The position numbers were made by a program, and so were the translations under genes. Of a stretch of 64,000 bases of DNA, positions 13,664 through 63,275 are shown in pieces (position 1 is the stretch's first letter; each line of letters starts with the position of its first letter). Location: positions 28,644,001 through 28,708,000 of the forward strand of contig OZ281495.1 in assembly GCA_965637545.1 (NCBI GenBank). Reading direction: 5' to 3'. Source of the stretch: Phallusia mammillata. Taxonomy: Eukaryota. The notes beneath the pieces were generated by a model. The model saw only the letters and a list, made by a program, of their open reading frames with translations. It was not told the DNA's origin and did no database searches.

Positions 13664-16600
13664 TAATGAAATAAATGAACTGAATTATGTTGTTTAGTAC
13701 AGACGTGTTTTTATGATTAACCATTCAACAAGTTATTATGTATGTTCAAAGAGTATTAAACTGCTCTAATTAACTACGACTACCACAAAAACGACCAATC
13801 AATAGCCTCAACCACATTTTACGTACAGTGGCAATGATATTGTTTATGTTTCTCCTTCAGTTTTTAAACAATTTGACAATGTGTATTTGAAAGGTTTGTG
13901 GTCTGCTCGCTATAACAGTCATTACGTCATAGCAGAGTGCCTGCAGTGCATTTTAGAATACACCCATTGATTTATTGATTAGTTAGGTCAGGCCGACCTG
14001 AAACCAGGCTTAAAACGACCGGTGTATATATCAGCTAATGGAAGTTGCCTTTGTCGAAATTCCCTTTGCGCTATGAATGTTTTATGACGTGGTTTTGAAC
14101 GTTTACGAAGCAAAGGGCCCACGTTTCTATAAGGTTGCTTAATCAACTGACAACACTAGTTGAAATAAAGGAAGTGTGTATTTTTCGCGTTTTAGTTATC
14201 TCTGAGTAGATTACCGTGTCATTTGCTAATGCACTGTGTTCAAAGCTGTTATTGTGTGTGTTTGGACCAATTTTGGATTTATTGACTATGTTTAAGTGAT
14301 AAACTACCTTTGTTTTGCATGATTGTTTTTATTGCCAAGGCGAAACCAGTTTTATTCTATTGCCTATTGCCAGTTAAAAAAATGAAGCATCTTTTAAACG
14401 CATAGCTTTCAAAGTTCACTAAAATGTTTTCAAACATGTTGCTAACAAAACCTTATTGTCGAACAACCCGTTGCTTCTAAACTACCCAGCTTTTCAAGAT
14501 TCGTCCTTTGTCTCGAAACAACGAAAAAGCGAACTAGAAAAACTTCCCTTTTCGATGGCGTGGGTGCACTATTCCTCATTGATACCCCAGACATGACCAC
14601 AGTGGTGCGTTACTCCTTGATGGTTAGGTTTGCCATTTAGTGTTCGAAACCTTGTCTGGACGTTTGATCCGCCATATGCACTGTAAATAGTCAGTTGCCT
14701 TTGTTGTAGCCAAACAACTTCTTCTTGTAGCTGTTTGGTGATTGGTTCTGGGGAGCTTTGTGCGGAAGGGAAGTCCAAACGCGTTAAATCTCACACGATT
14801 TTGGCCGTGAATTCGGGAGAAACTACCTCGCTCGACGTTTTTAGGGACAGAAGTGTCTTTCCCATACATGTCTTCCACATGTCTGCCAGAACTCGTTCCG
14901 AAATAGTAACGGTTTCTCATGGTAGTCAGGAGAATCTACTCTCAAAGCACTTCCCTTTTTGGGTCTAGATGTGTTGCAACGTCAGGCTCAGACCATAGTT
15001 GCCTGTCCCCAATGGTCATTGCTGCGCCACCATTCGCTGGACGCCGATGGTTGCAATTTGTCACCTGTTCAAAACGGAAATGCGCGTTTTCGCGAATTTC
15101 AATTTGCCACTTCCGCAATCAGGGCTATTTTCGCCCAAGCTACAGCCCTTTTTTTCTCCTCGGAAACATTGTGACGTGAGCGTTTCTGTTTATTTTGGCA
15201 CACTTTCAATCATTCTGCAAAAATTATTGCAACGGGATTAAATGTCGACTAATACTGTTTCCTTGGTAACCTCTTTTCATATTTAGAGTTATACTTGAAA
15301 ACAAGTGATCGTCGATAAGTGTGGCCTGTCAGGGGGTTAGATACTATTCAATCGATTGATTCCAAGTTTCAAGTTAGTTGTAATTTTTGTGCTGTAATAT
15401 TCTTTTCTGTAACGTTTTGTTGCCAAATATTTGGCGTTATGGTGTCCATTGCCCAAAGCATTTTACATTACTTTTAAAAAGCAAAATGAAGACAGCCAAT
15501 GAAATGCATTCGAGCAATCTGCGCCTATACGACCAAACGTTTGACGTAGCTAACGCAATGCATAGAAGTTAAAGGTTTCCTTCCTGCAGTAGCGGCCGGA
15601 TCGTGAGAACAATTCGACTTTTGAGGCGATGCAGCGCCGTACCAATTCACTAATTACGCACGTGCTCCTGCGCGCGCAGGATATTGTGACGTCATAGCGA
15701 GAGAACTGCCAGAATTTGACCTTTCAAGCTGGAGACAGGAGCCTTCGTACAGATTTTTTACCAGCTTTTTGACAGCTTGCATGTGTGGCTCCCACCCAGT
15801 GCAGGCATCCAATACGGAAGTCGTACGGCTTGAATTCAACAAATTGGGAATGACTGCGGACATTTTTGGGCGCGTATAAGGCAGCGCACATTCTCATGTG
15901 CAAGCGTGAATGTTCGATAAGCGAGATTGCGATTGAGAATTATAAAATTAAGATCTTCAACATTTTTAAATTATAAATATCTGTGTTAGGGTCTTATGAT
16001 CTGTCAACCTTATCAAACAGACTTTATAACAACTTACAATTTTGCTCTTGTCTTTAGTAATCCGTTTTTTTTTTTGGCATCAACTTGACCAAATCCTTTT
16101 GTATAATTTTGATTACTTTTACATTCAAATTTCGGTTGGACGGTTATTATGTTCTGTAGTCCTGGTCTTAACCCGTACAGTCCGAAAGAGTATGGAATGA
16201 TATGTTGTCGTAATCAATCTTTTACTGCTATTTAGCACATGTACCATAACCTGCTGGACTAACAGATGCGTAGCATTGAAGTTAAGTTTCGTTGTAGCAG
16301 TTTACGTGTTCGCTGGTACTAAAACCATGTTAATAAATCTATGTGGGGATGGTTTTACATATAGTAGTCATTGTTTACATTTATTTACCTCTAAACACAC
16401 AGGTCGTGTTTCCCAACTATTATATATAGCGCAACCCGTTTTCCTTTATCTCTGCCCAATCTCTCAGATTTCCCACTGCAGCCAATACTTGCTAACATCA
16501 ACATACGGTGTTCCCATTCCCTTGGGAGCCGATCCACAATCAGCTTCGATCGACCAAAAGCGATGCGAGATCGGCAACAATAAATCTCTGACTGCTCGCT

Positions 16601-18180
16601 GATTAATTGTAAGAGCTTCATCAAATAATGATGACTTCTGCCCAATCTGCTCTTGTTTATTTTCAAATTGGCCGGCTGGGATTTGCTACAGCGGTTTGAA
16701 CAAGGAATTAGGTGGATTTCGATATCACTTCGATTTGATCATGTTTGTTTTGAAAGTATACTTGAACGTTTTTGACTAAGAATGGAAAGCATTTTCCAAG
16801 TTACGAAATCCGTCAATGAATTAAATGGAATATATATATTTCGCCTAATGGCATCATCAGTTCCTTATTCAAATGGATTCTATTCGTCGATGACCATGTT
16901 GCCTGTTGAAGGGTTAGATACTGTTCAGTTCAAATACTTTCAGTGAACGTTTTTGATATATTCCATGTTATAATATGCTTGTGAAATGTTAGTTGTTGTT
17001 TTGTCTGGCTTGGGAAAGCAAGCTTGCATTAATTGGGTACCCTAATTCTATTAATCTCTAAAATGATTTGTTTATGAGAAATGGTTCGGAATATACATAT
17101 TTTCATGCCTTTCAGTCTGATGTATAGTAACCTAAAAATATGATTTGTTTTGGGCCTTTTTCGTACTATACCCCCTCTTTGAAAAAAAGAGCGTTACGTA
17201 AGCAATAAACAGAAGTCACCAGAAACTATAGGATGCACTTGTCTGCATATAGTGCCTGACCGTGACGTAATGCAGTGAGTTCTGTCGTCGTTTTCGTCAC
17301 ACACGAACCCAAATGAACCCTCACGTAACATATTGCGGTGGTCGGCGGCGCCTTGTCGTTTGTAAATCGCACGTGGTGTGATATTTCGCGACTGCGTGTT
17401 ACCGCACACAAATATTTGACATCGCTTCGCGTAGATCTTGTTGCATGCTGAGCTTTGTCACCAATGACGCCGATCGCTCTTTGGGGACTTTTCATGCGAC
17501 CAGGCTTGCGGTGGGTAAAACCCGTAAGAACATAGTTAAATGCTTTAAAGTGTGCTATATCAAGCTGTTTGGGATGTGTTATTAATTTGAAGTGTATAAT
17601 GATAAGTTGCAAGCAACAAACTCTTAGCTAAGAGTTTCCCGAGTCTATGAAAGCAAACTGCTGAGAGATGTTGCACCTATTTTTGCATACTGTTTTAGTA
17701 TATTAGACATTCTGTCTGTAGCAGACCTCTAATTTGTGTGTGGTTTAATTGGGACGGCAAAAATTTGCGTATAATGTAAAATGCCAATTAGACGGAAATT
17801 GCAGGGTTAGGAAAGCGTATTTCGGAACAGGTTAAAACCCTATAACTGTTGCATAGTGTTGAGCAAATACCCAAACTGATTTGCGCTACATCACCTGGAA
17901 TGTAGGTATGTCGAATCCGGGTGGTCTGTAGGTGGTTTTGCGTCACAAGATTATGTAATTTTCATACGGGTGGGCAGCAATTATGTAAATCGCACTTGCC
18001 GCTTTGGTGATTATCTTAAAATCGGAAATATGCACTACAGCAATGCAAGATTAATTTTCACTATCGCAGCAACCACGAAGAATCAGATTTGAGTCTGCAA
18101 ATTTGTAACAAACAAAGAGTAACAGAAGGTTTTGCAGTGCGCGATACATACACCTGTTGTAAGGGTGTTATGTTATTTTG

Positions 18181-18397
18181 TGTTTAGCTGTTTGTGACCA
18201 GGAGTTTAAATTCGCTGCAAAATTATGTTTAAATTTAAATTTATTTTTGTTTAAAGATGTTAGCGTTTTTGTGACCACGAGTTTTAAATTCATTGCAAAA
18301 TTATGTTTCAAATTTCATTTTGTTTTTCTGTCAAAATGTTTAGCTTTTTTGTGACAAGGTGTTTTAAATTCATTGCAAAATTATGTTGAAATTTCAA
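18181..18397. repeat. Three-copy minisatellite, about 78-80 bp unit
   Basis: Units start near 18181, 18258 and 18338 and share tgtt(t)agc..tttgtgac....g.ttt(t)aaattc..tgcaaaattatgtt. Confidence 0.85.
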
Positions 18398-21386
18398 CCT
18401 ATTGCAAAGTTCCGAACAATACATATTGTTACATAGAGCTAAACCGAGAACTGTGTTCCAGCCTGTGTAAAAGAAATTAATATTTTAGTGAAATGGTTTG
18501 AATAAACCACTTTGTATCTTTGTTCCTTGGATTCAAAACGAGTGATAAATCGCACGGTGTTTCAAGTTCTTTCCATTTCGGTGTATTTCACCTTATAGCG
18601 ACAAGAACAAAAATTCATGATTCCCTTTAGCGTTTGCAGCCAGACGACGCGGCTACCTGCGAGTTTCGAACGAAAAACGCATCACGCTCGTTGTTTTTCC
18701 CACTGCGTTTTCTCGCAACAACGGCCCTTTTGTGTTGGCCGGAAACCGAGCTCTCCTAGCGCGAATGAAACGAGCATCTCGAAAACACACACCTGCTGCC
18801 AAAACAAGCCAGCTATTCGTCCAATGGGAATGTCCAGTCTAAATTTTTGACGTGAATTAATAAGAAGTGCTCGTATAACCCGTACATTTTGTATATAGTT
18901 CGATTTGTCGTAATTTTCGGGGTAAACCGTTTTTGCTACCTACATAAATATCCAACACATATATGAATTTCAACCGTTTACACGTAGTTTACAAAGAGTT
19001 TTTAGAACCCCTTGTACAACAACCTTTGTGTTGCAATGGGATATTTGATTTTAAACGTTACGTACATCATGCCAAAAAAATCTCACCATTAAAAAAGAGG
19101 TTTTTTACGAGCTTTGCATTTCAAGGCACACAACGTGAAGCTCAGCAATACATTTCCCAGTATGGCGTGCGAGCAGCAAAATCTCACCAAATCGTCGCCT
19201 GTGTAAATCATTAGACATCGGAGCCGATTACCGTCCCAGGGCAGAGTTTAGATAGCCGCGTGTGGCCAACCGCAGGCACGCACAAGCTTCCAACCTAATA
19301 CCAAGCACAATACCGATGACGTTGGCTATTGGATTACTACTTCCTTACAGAGCTGGCACTTCCGCACGCCAAGCTGGTTCTTCGATTTTCCCGCTATGCT
19401 GGGTATCGCTATAAGCTGACATAATGTCCATATGTGCGACACCAGCGGTTATCCCAACCACTCGACCTGATATACCTAGTTGTTACTGTTGGTCTGTCCC
19501 TTAAAGGGCGTTTAAAATTGATTCTACGCCCCTTTGTTGCTTGTGTAAGCTGCATATGACTCTTTAATGTTGTTAGCTTTACTCACTGTTTCTGGTCACG
19601 TCCACGTCTGTTTCGCTAAGCACCTTTTCAGGCGAGCCATTAGTCATGTGAAAGTGAATAGTTGTTTACCTGTTCTGTTTCTGCAAAGATTAACAGTGAG
19701 GGTTTCTGGTACACAAGCATTGCAATTGTTTTCAAATTTGTGGATCATGCAATTTAGTGAATGTTGCAGCCGTTTAACGAATGATGGTTTCCTTTTTGCA
19801 CGTTATGCATAAAATGAAACAAATTGTATTCATTAGTTGCATTGGAATTGAAAAATATGTAGTTTTGATTTGCATGTGTGGGGTGCATTTGTCTGCATTA
19901 AGATTGCAAATTTTACTCTTTTCACAGCTTTAACAGTGACAATAGAGCAACTACTTCCGATTTCATAACAATGCAACGCTAAATTTCCGAGTAAGTCTCG
20001 CAAAAGCCACAGCATAGTCATATACGAATCTCGTCGCGATAAAAACGGACAATTGCGTCATTCACTCTAAGCATTCAAGTCTACTACAATGTGTAAGAAC
20101 CCCTTAACCTAGCTGTGCGCGATTTTGTCTCAATTGGTGTCCCCTTACCACGTAATACGGTCGGCAAACGCTCATAGGTTACTGGATCACTAGCAGATCG
20201 CCTCTAAAAGGGGCGGTGACTCACCCAGAGCTCTATGGGATGTTTTTCCACCCTTGACTTTTTGAAGTTGCGCCGATCACCGTTCTGACTACATAAAGGC
20301 TGCATTGCTTTCGGTCACGGAACTGGAAAATCGCCTTACGCCGGCTACCGCTTGTGAAGATTCGATTTTTAAGCTGGTTACGTCAGATTTCTGATCAATC
20401 ATGTAAACGTGACTTTATTTTGTTTGTGTACATGAGTAGGTGTTGATGTTTAAACTTATAGGCAGATTTTTATGGTTTGGTCCTTGGTATGTTAATTTAG
20501 TCGGTTAAAACGGTAATTAGGAAACCTTAATGCGATTTCCATTAGGATTCAATACGCGTTTTCTTGTTTAAAATTCACTTCACTTTAGGCCTGGTTGAAG
20601 AATTGCTTGATCGAAAGGTCACCATTATATTCGGTAGAAATCGAATCTTTAGAATTGTTTTTGAGGGTTTGTGATATACGTGATATTCCCTTGCCAGCAT
20701 GTTATTTGTGAATATTTCGTGGTTAGAAGTTTATTGCTGTCAGCGCACGTGCTTGTAAAGTCTGCGGTCCAATCAACCTTTAGACTGTTGTGTTTTCCCC
20801 CTTTCATCCAAATTTTCGCATGGGTTACACCCTTCAATTTAAAACAACGCGTCTCATTGTTTTTTGTAGACCTTATGACAGAATTATTAATTTTTTGTTT
20901 TCTCTTACAAGACCACGTGGTCTGCGCACAACTGCGTCACTACCTAGTTGCCAAACGCAATTCTCCTTAGCATCGGGTCGTAGAAATATGATTTCTATAC
21001 CGATCGGTCGCTAGAAATGCCTTCATTTTGTGACGTCAATGCATATTAAAGTGACGCTGTCTGCTTTTCATAACTTGCCGAGGAAGTTATCACTTGGCTT
21101 GTGTCAAGTTGATTTCAGCCGCCATGTCACAAGCTGCGTGGTTAAATATAACTCAAGCTGTTTGGTTTCTAGAGAATAAACAGCTTTGGTTCGCGAGACG
21201 AGATTCAACTTGGCCCGAAGTCGGTTTAATAAGCACTCCAATGTCACCAAACGCACTCGATCCTAATCGGAGAATTTAACGGCAATACATGTCCAGATCA
21301 TGGTGCTTTGGGCTCCGCGTCACAGGGCAGAGGTCTCTCACGGTCAGAGGTGGCTCTCTCTCTCCCTTTTTCCCTTCGCTGCGGAG

Positions 21387-21670
21387 TTTAAATCGCCATG
21401 TCTGCGAGTCACTCAGTCGTCAGTACGCAGTTATGCGCCGGCAGACGCGAAGCTAGGTTTCGGATGCCGCGCCTTGCCGGCTTTCGAGCATCGTTTTCCG
21501 GCCTTTTTTCAAGCTGATAGTCAGTCGCGCGGATTTGTTTTTTCTGCGGTCGTCCGGACATTTGTTGTGGTTGTTTTATGTAGGAAACTGGATATATTCA
21601 AGTACAACAGAGCAGTACCTGTGCACCATTAGGTGCCAGAAAAGCAGCTAAGAGATTTAGTGGAGGTTAG
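21387..21670 (+). promoter_or_regulatory. Candidate core promoter and non-coding first exon of the semaphorin gene
   Basis: A CT-rich tract (about 21353-21377) precedes TTTAAA (21387-21392), then an Inr-like CTCAGTC with its A at 21415 (28 nt downstream) and a donor TAG|GTAAAT at 21670/21671. Motif spacing only; no transcript data. Confidence 0.3.
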
Positions 21671-22977
21671 GTAAATCATTCGACAGTTGTTGCAAATCCG
21701 GGGCAATCACACAGCGGTTTGTTGTCCTTGCAAATAACACTTGGACTCTGGATTATATGAGCTTGTTCGTGTTAATGATTGACTTCTAGCAACAAAAAAG
21801 AAGGAATCAGAACCGAGGAAGGGAAAGAGAAAATGCTCTAAAAAAGGTTTTGTGAGGCCACAAAGTTGACGAAAAACGCCATAACCAAGAGCTAATTTCC
21901 CACGGGACGCTAGGTTCAGTAGAACAGCTCGGTGTCCAACGACGGACGTCCACTTAGCTAATTTCGCCTAATACAGCTCAGACCTTGGTAGGTGTATTTG
22001 TAGAGTTTAAGTTTAGTGACTGTTGTTTTTGCATGACAGGTAACCAATATACATGCGAGATAGACAATATTGGATTAATGCATAAGCATATTAGTAGAAT
22101 TTGCAGATGTGACTCAGCAGAAAATAATTATTACCCAAACTTTAGCTTGTATTTAAATTCGAAGTCTTAGCGATGTGCGCACCTAATTTTACACTTAATC
22201 GCGTGATGGCATGTACATTTTTGTTGCTAGCAATGGAAAGTGAGGTATTTGTTCGCGTTACGCACCACGGCCGTAGAATACTTTCAAGTGTAACTGCGCC
22301 CAATTGAATGAACGTCAAATGCGACGTACAAGTCATTTAGCTTTTGACTAGCGATCACTGTATCATAGCAGTGCTTTGGCTATCCACTTGACAGCGTTTT
22401 ATGAATGACATTTTTTACAGCCCTAATTATTTTGCTTTTTTGAAACAGAGTATAAACGTTATTAGGTCTGAAACTTGTAACACTGATTTTAAATGAAACA
22501 ACCACACAAGTTGATACACTGACTGGTATGAAAACGGAATAACGCCAGTTGTTGTATTCGAAAACCTGTGGATATCTCTCAAGGGAATTGCAAGTGGATT
22601 TTCACCTGTTAAAGTGACAAGTGCATTTCAACCTCACTATGGATGAGGTTTCAAGTCTGCGCCAAAACCGGGGCTTGACCGTTCGTTCGATCGTCCATGC
22701 AACGCCAAGCCGTCGTTGCAAAACCTACAAATCCAAGCTTTGTTCGCGTGTTCCTTACGACCAGGAAAACTCATCAGTAGCGCCGCCTTCGTCCGGCCAG
22801 CTGCGTTCATTTCTCACTGATGCCGAGGAGGCCATCAACAGCCAGTTATGTTTTTCTAATTGCCAAGACTCGGGATTAGCGAGAAAGCCTTTGATCCGAC
22901 CGGGATTATTGTCACCTTGCATCGACTCCGACCGTGCGCTAAGCAGCAGGGTGAGAAGACGGCGGTCTTTACCCGTT

Positions 22978-59351
<36,374 letters not shown>

Positions 59352-61081
59352 GCAACAAAACATAAAGTCCGCGTCTTAAGCCCAAATGCATTGAATGTTT
59401 CCTGGATGTATTTGCATGCTTTCCAGTGAAAACAGGCTCAAGAGCAGGTCAGCACAATCATGGGTGAAATTTGGAAAGGCAACATTTGTCAAGACCTACA
59501 TGTGCAACGCTGCAACGACAAAGCAGAAACTGATTACTTGGTTGTGCACAGCTGATTCTTGTGCTGAAAAATGAATTGACTATTAAACTTGAAGCTTAGA
59601 ACTTAGATAAAGCCAATACACTACACATGTTTATAGAACATTCCTAAACCTTCAGCACTTGTTAAGTCACCTTAGAATAATTACTTACGCCTCTGAAAGC
59701 CATCTAGGTACATTAATCTCTCTGTGATCATTGTTTAAGCCTATTAGCTTGTTGCTTCTTGCAGTTTTATTTAAAACGCGCATGTTTTGTGCTTCTTTAT
59801 TAGGACTTTGTTGATGTTACCCGAAATAAGTTGAATTTTAAACCTATTTTTGAATCTTTTTTGTGATATTTAACAATGTGACAACGACAAAAACTCAACG
59901 TAAAATATAAAATTTAGAGACAGTTGTTTTTTGTACTGGCGGTAAATCCTTTCGGACAAAACTTAAAAAAAAAAACATTCAATCTCAATTTACGATGACC
60001 AACAGTGCAAAGTTACGCTTTTCTATTACAATACACCTATTATCTCTTAATCAGCTGTGAATTAAGCTGGCTACCGTTGTACAAACCACTGTCTATTAGT
60101 CGTAAGGTAAACTTGTATCCCCGATCAAGATGTAGTAAGCCTCGTATTTATTTACCTATTTTCAATGTACGGTGCTTGCGTTTCTATGCTAACGGATTTT
60201 TATTAGCTTGTTGTTTTGTTTTAATTGCTTGTAGCGCATGCAGTTGCTCCTCGAGTTATTCTTAATGCATGCACACTTTGCAAAAACGACCCATTTGCGG
60301 TAAACCCAAAAAAACATACATATTCTTTGTTATAGATGTAACAAAAAATGATGAATATTGTAAATACCAGTCCATGTATTGCTTTTTATTTAAGCACGTT
60401 CTTTTTAAGTTCTTTTACTTTGTTGGTTCTTTTACTAGTATCTCGAATGTTAGGATATTTGAGATAGCGGGGTCTTTCCAATGCTAAATTCATTTTGTTT
60501 TGTCTTCAATTTTATTTATGATATCTATGTAGCACATACTGCCAACGAATATGGGTGCTGGTGCGGCGTTGTTGATTTGTGTTATATTTTGCTGTACAAT
60601 CGCTGACAAATGCTTCGTTCGGTTAAAGTTCGACGTGCACTAATATATCGTAACCCCCGAAGTTGCCTTTAAGTCATTTGAGTTAGTTGTTAGTAAGGAA
60701 AATCATCCAGAGAGCATTAAGGAGGAGTTAGCAATAGGGTTGAACAGAAAGCACGCTCAAATCACAGGCATAGCGTTTCAATCTTGATTGTTTTTGGATG
60801 GTGAAATAAGGTTGTTGTTTTATTAACAATATTGGGGTTTTCGTAGTTTGGCGCATAATTTAAAAATTAAAATAATCCTTATGAAAAAAAGATTCCTATC
60901 CCATATAGGTTTTTTAATTAATTATTGACTTGTGTTGTCCTATTAATACTTTATTTCCGTAATAAAATAGTAGTTGATTTTTACCATGTTTCAAAACTTG
61001 CAAAAAAATAAAAAAAAACTCCCCGAGCAAGATAAAAAAAATAGTGCCGGATCCCATACAATCCGCAGGGCGGCCTCATTT

Positions 61082-61095
61082 TGCGTCATGGTAAC
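61082..61095. promoter_or_regulatory. RFX X-box half-site upstream of the second gene
   Basis: tgcgtcATGGTAAC, about 110 bp before ATG 61206. One half (GTTACCATG on the minus strand) fits the RFX consensus; the other half is degenerate. Confidence 0.35.
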
Positions 61096-61205
61096 TGATC
61101 AGCTGGTTAAGCGCAGTGGTTTACTACGAATTTGCTTGCGGCATTGTTGACAGAATTCCAACGATTTTCCAGTGTTAAAATGTAGTTAGCTTGAGTCACA
61201 ACGTT

Positions 61206-61312
61206 ATGGCTTCTTATCAGGACAAAGTCTCTTTTATTCCTGCTTCGCCTAAACTACCAGACATTGCAAGCAGAAATGTTGGAAGTTATCCTTCTGGGAC
61301 TGGAACATCAAG
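61206..61312 (+). CDS. Unidentified gene, probable first coding exon
   Basis: MASYQDKVSFIPASPKLPDIASRNVGSYPSGTGTS+AG|gttatt, phase 2, compatible with the next exon. Confidence 0.6.
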
Positions 61313-61485
61313 GTTATTTAATCATTTTATTGTTTGATTTAAAAGTATTGGTATATCAGCCCTAAATTGGTGTCTGGGACTAGATTATAGTTGTATTTAA
61401 AATACAAACTCGAAAATCTCATATCAGTATCACCAGTGCTTTTAAAAGTCCTCAAAATTATATAATTTTGTGATTGGTGCATCTA

Positions 61486-61690
61486 AAATACACAGGATCG
61501 CTTGGATTACTTGTGGATCACTTAGTGCACCTGAATATCACTTTAATTTTGCTTGGTGCATGTTTATGTCACTTTGTGCAGCTTTAAAACACATGATACA
61601 TCTTTATTCTGCTTCATGCACCTTTACATCGTTCAGTGCAACTTTACATTGCTTGGTGCACCTGTACAATGCAAGGCGCACCTTTACCTA
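61486..61690. repeat. Degenerate (G/T)GTGCA-rich repeat tract
   Basis: Recurrent ttggtgca / tagtgcacc / ggtgcacc / ggcgcacc motifs at irregular spacing; possibly an old MITE interior. Confidence 0.4.
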
Positions 61691-62172
61691 GCGATACAAA
61701 GGTACACCAAGTGTTATAACGATGTGCCTAGCGCTTAGTGATGGGGTTTTGAAGCGAGTACCGATACCGAGTACGAGTACCACATGTGTATACCTTCGAT
61801 GCCAAGTACGATTACCGGGTACTTAAGTGTAGTGTTGTACTTAGTTATATATCACTGACTATTTTATCTGCCATGGTCGGGGTACAGGCGTGCACACACA
61901 CACATGCCAAAAAACGTAATCTCCATACGATAACAAAAAAGATATACATAAACTGGTGGAACCTTTTTCTAATTTTGTGCTGTCCAAAGTAAATATTTGG
62001 CATAAAGTTGAGAATTGTTGAATTGTGGTGTTTATTACCACTGCATTTGTGCAGTATCAATTCACATAAGTATGTATTAATTACTGCTTTAATTGTTTAC
62101 TGATTTTTTGCAAATGAAAAAAACTGAATCTGTTTCACATTATGTTTAATAAAACAAACAAATCTTTTTCAG

Positions 62173-62329
62173 AAAACCAGCAAGTACACAATGGATTGGT
62201 CCCCTCAAACAGAGATTGGATTATTCCATTAACTACAGTGGAAGTCCCCATGCTGAAGATGTGGAGGAATTAAGTAGAGAAGTTGTCAAGATAATGATTT
62301 CAGCATTGCAACCCAATGCCACAAAACAG
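62173..62329 (+). CDS. Unidentified gene, coding exon 2
   Basis: tctttttcag|A...CAG|gtaag; (R)KPASTQWIGPLKQRLDYSINYSGSPHAEDVEELSREVVKIMISALQPNATKQ. Confidence 0.8.
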
Positions 62330-62786
62330 GTAAGTTATTGCAGTAGTGTTTTTTTTTCAAATGTTTACAACTAACTGAGTACATTGCAGATGATGACCTT
62401 ATGTTTATATTCGTGTAGTCATCAAATAAAGCGAAACAGTGCAAAACCAATCTTTAGACAAAGCTATTATTGTACAACTGAACAAATTATAATATTCTAC
62501 ATAATATTCTGTTGCTGCCAAGCTTATCTTATGAACTTTTTTTATTTCATGTTTAAACTCTCATTTAAGCTCAACCGGAAATTGACGTAACTCATCCTTT
62601 GTTTAAACTCTCATTTTAGGTGTCATTATCAGGGTAATTGCACACTACTCAACATAGTTGTTTTTATTGCAACCAACACCTGTTGTGTACAATTGAGCAA
62701 GAGAAAAGTTTAAAAGATCTTCAATTAAAATTTTAACATTAAAAAGTTGCTATAGCATGGTCAATAGTTGTTTCCTTGCTCAACAG

Positions 62787-62945
62787 ATATGGCTTGATCT
62801 TAACCATGTGATGAATGTGGTTTTGACGTACAAGGATTTTCTGCACACCCCTTCCATGTCGCACTATATTGAACGTCTGTTTCTTTTCTACAACTCCAAC
62901 ATGGAAAAGTTGTTCGATGTCCCAATCATTGACAGTCTCTACCAG
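62787..62945 (+). CDS. Unidentified gene, coding exon 3
   Basis: ccttgctcaacag|...CAG|gtatat, phase 0/0; IWLDLNHVMNVVLTYKDFLHTPSMSHYIERLFLFYNSNMEKLFDVPIIDSLYQ. Confidence 0.8.
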
Positions 62946-63154
62946 GTATATTACCTGCAAACCGCATTTAATTTACTTGCCTTCATTTCAGTATAATGTT
63001 AATACAATTGCACAGTTTGTTTTTTTTGCTTAGTTTTTAATTGTTACAGAGTACTAGTTTGTGCAAAGAGCTAACTTTTGTTTAAGATAGTTGTACACAA
63101 AAATATTCAGCCCCAGCAAATTTTACTTATAACCTGACATATATATTTTTTTAG

Positions 63155-63275
63155 TTGTTTCCATACGATGTGGACAGACTAAGATCTAATTATGGTTCTG
63201 GCATGATTGGAACTGAAAGATATGTAAGGAAAATCTTGACTCAACCAACAACCCAAGAAACTCCTCCACTAAGAG
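63155..63275 (+). CDS. Unidentified gene, coding exon 4 (3-prime end uncertain)
   Basis: tttttttag|LFPYDVDRLRSNYGSGMIGTERY; the donor is either TAT|gtaagg (63223) or AGAG|gtaaac (63275, adding VRKILTQPTTQETPPLR). Confidence 0.7.

Noticed and set aside
14569-15241. Several overlapping 70-100 aa ORFs as a retroelement remnant
   Set aside because: No RT, RNase H, integrase or gag motifs; ORFs in many frames just reflect higher local GC.
16464-16685. Minus-strand 73-codon frame with LFDEALTINQRAV (TPR-like)
   Set aside because: A single short resemblance with no second TPR helix pattern and no linked exons.
60533-60643. YGCWCG (secreted PLA2 Ca-loop motif) and an overlapping 30-aa signal-peptide-like ORF MGAGAALLICVIFCC...
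   Set aside because: The rest of the PLA2 signature (GG.G.P.D..D.CC..HD.CY) is absent and a stop follows soon. The alternative ORF is too short to support.
61736-61857. tagtgatg...atcactg with gagtacc repeats as a MITE
   Set aside because: The termini are plausible but there is no TSD and the TIR match is very short, so it was not called.
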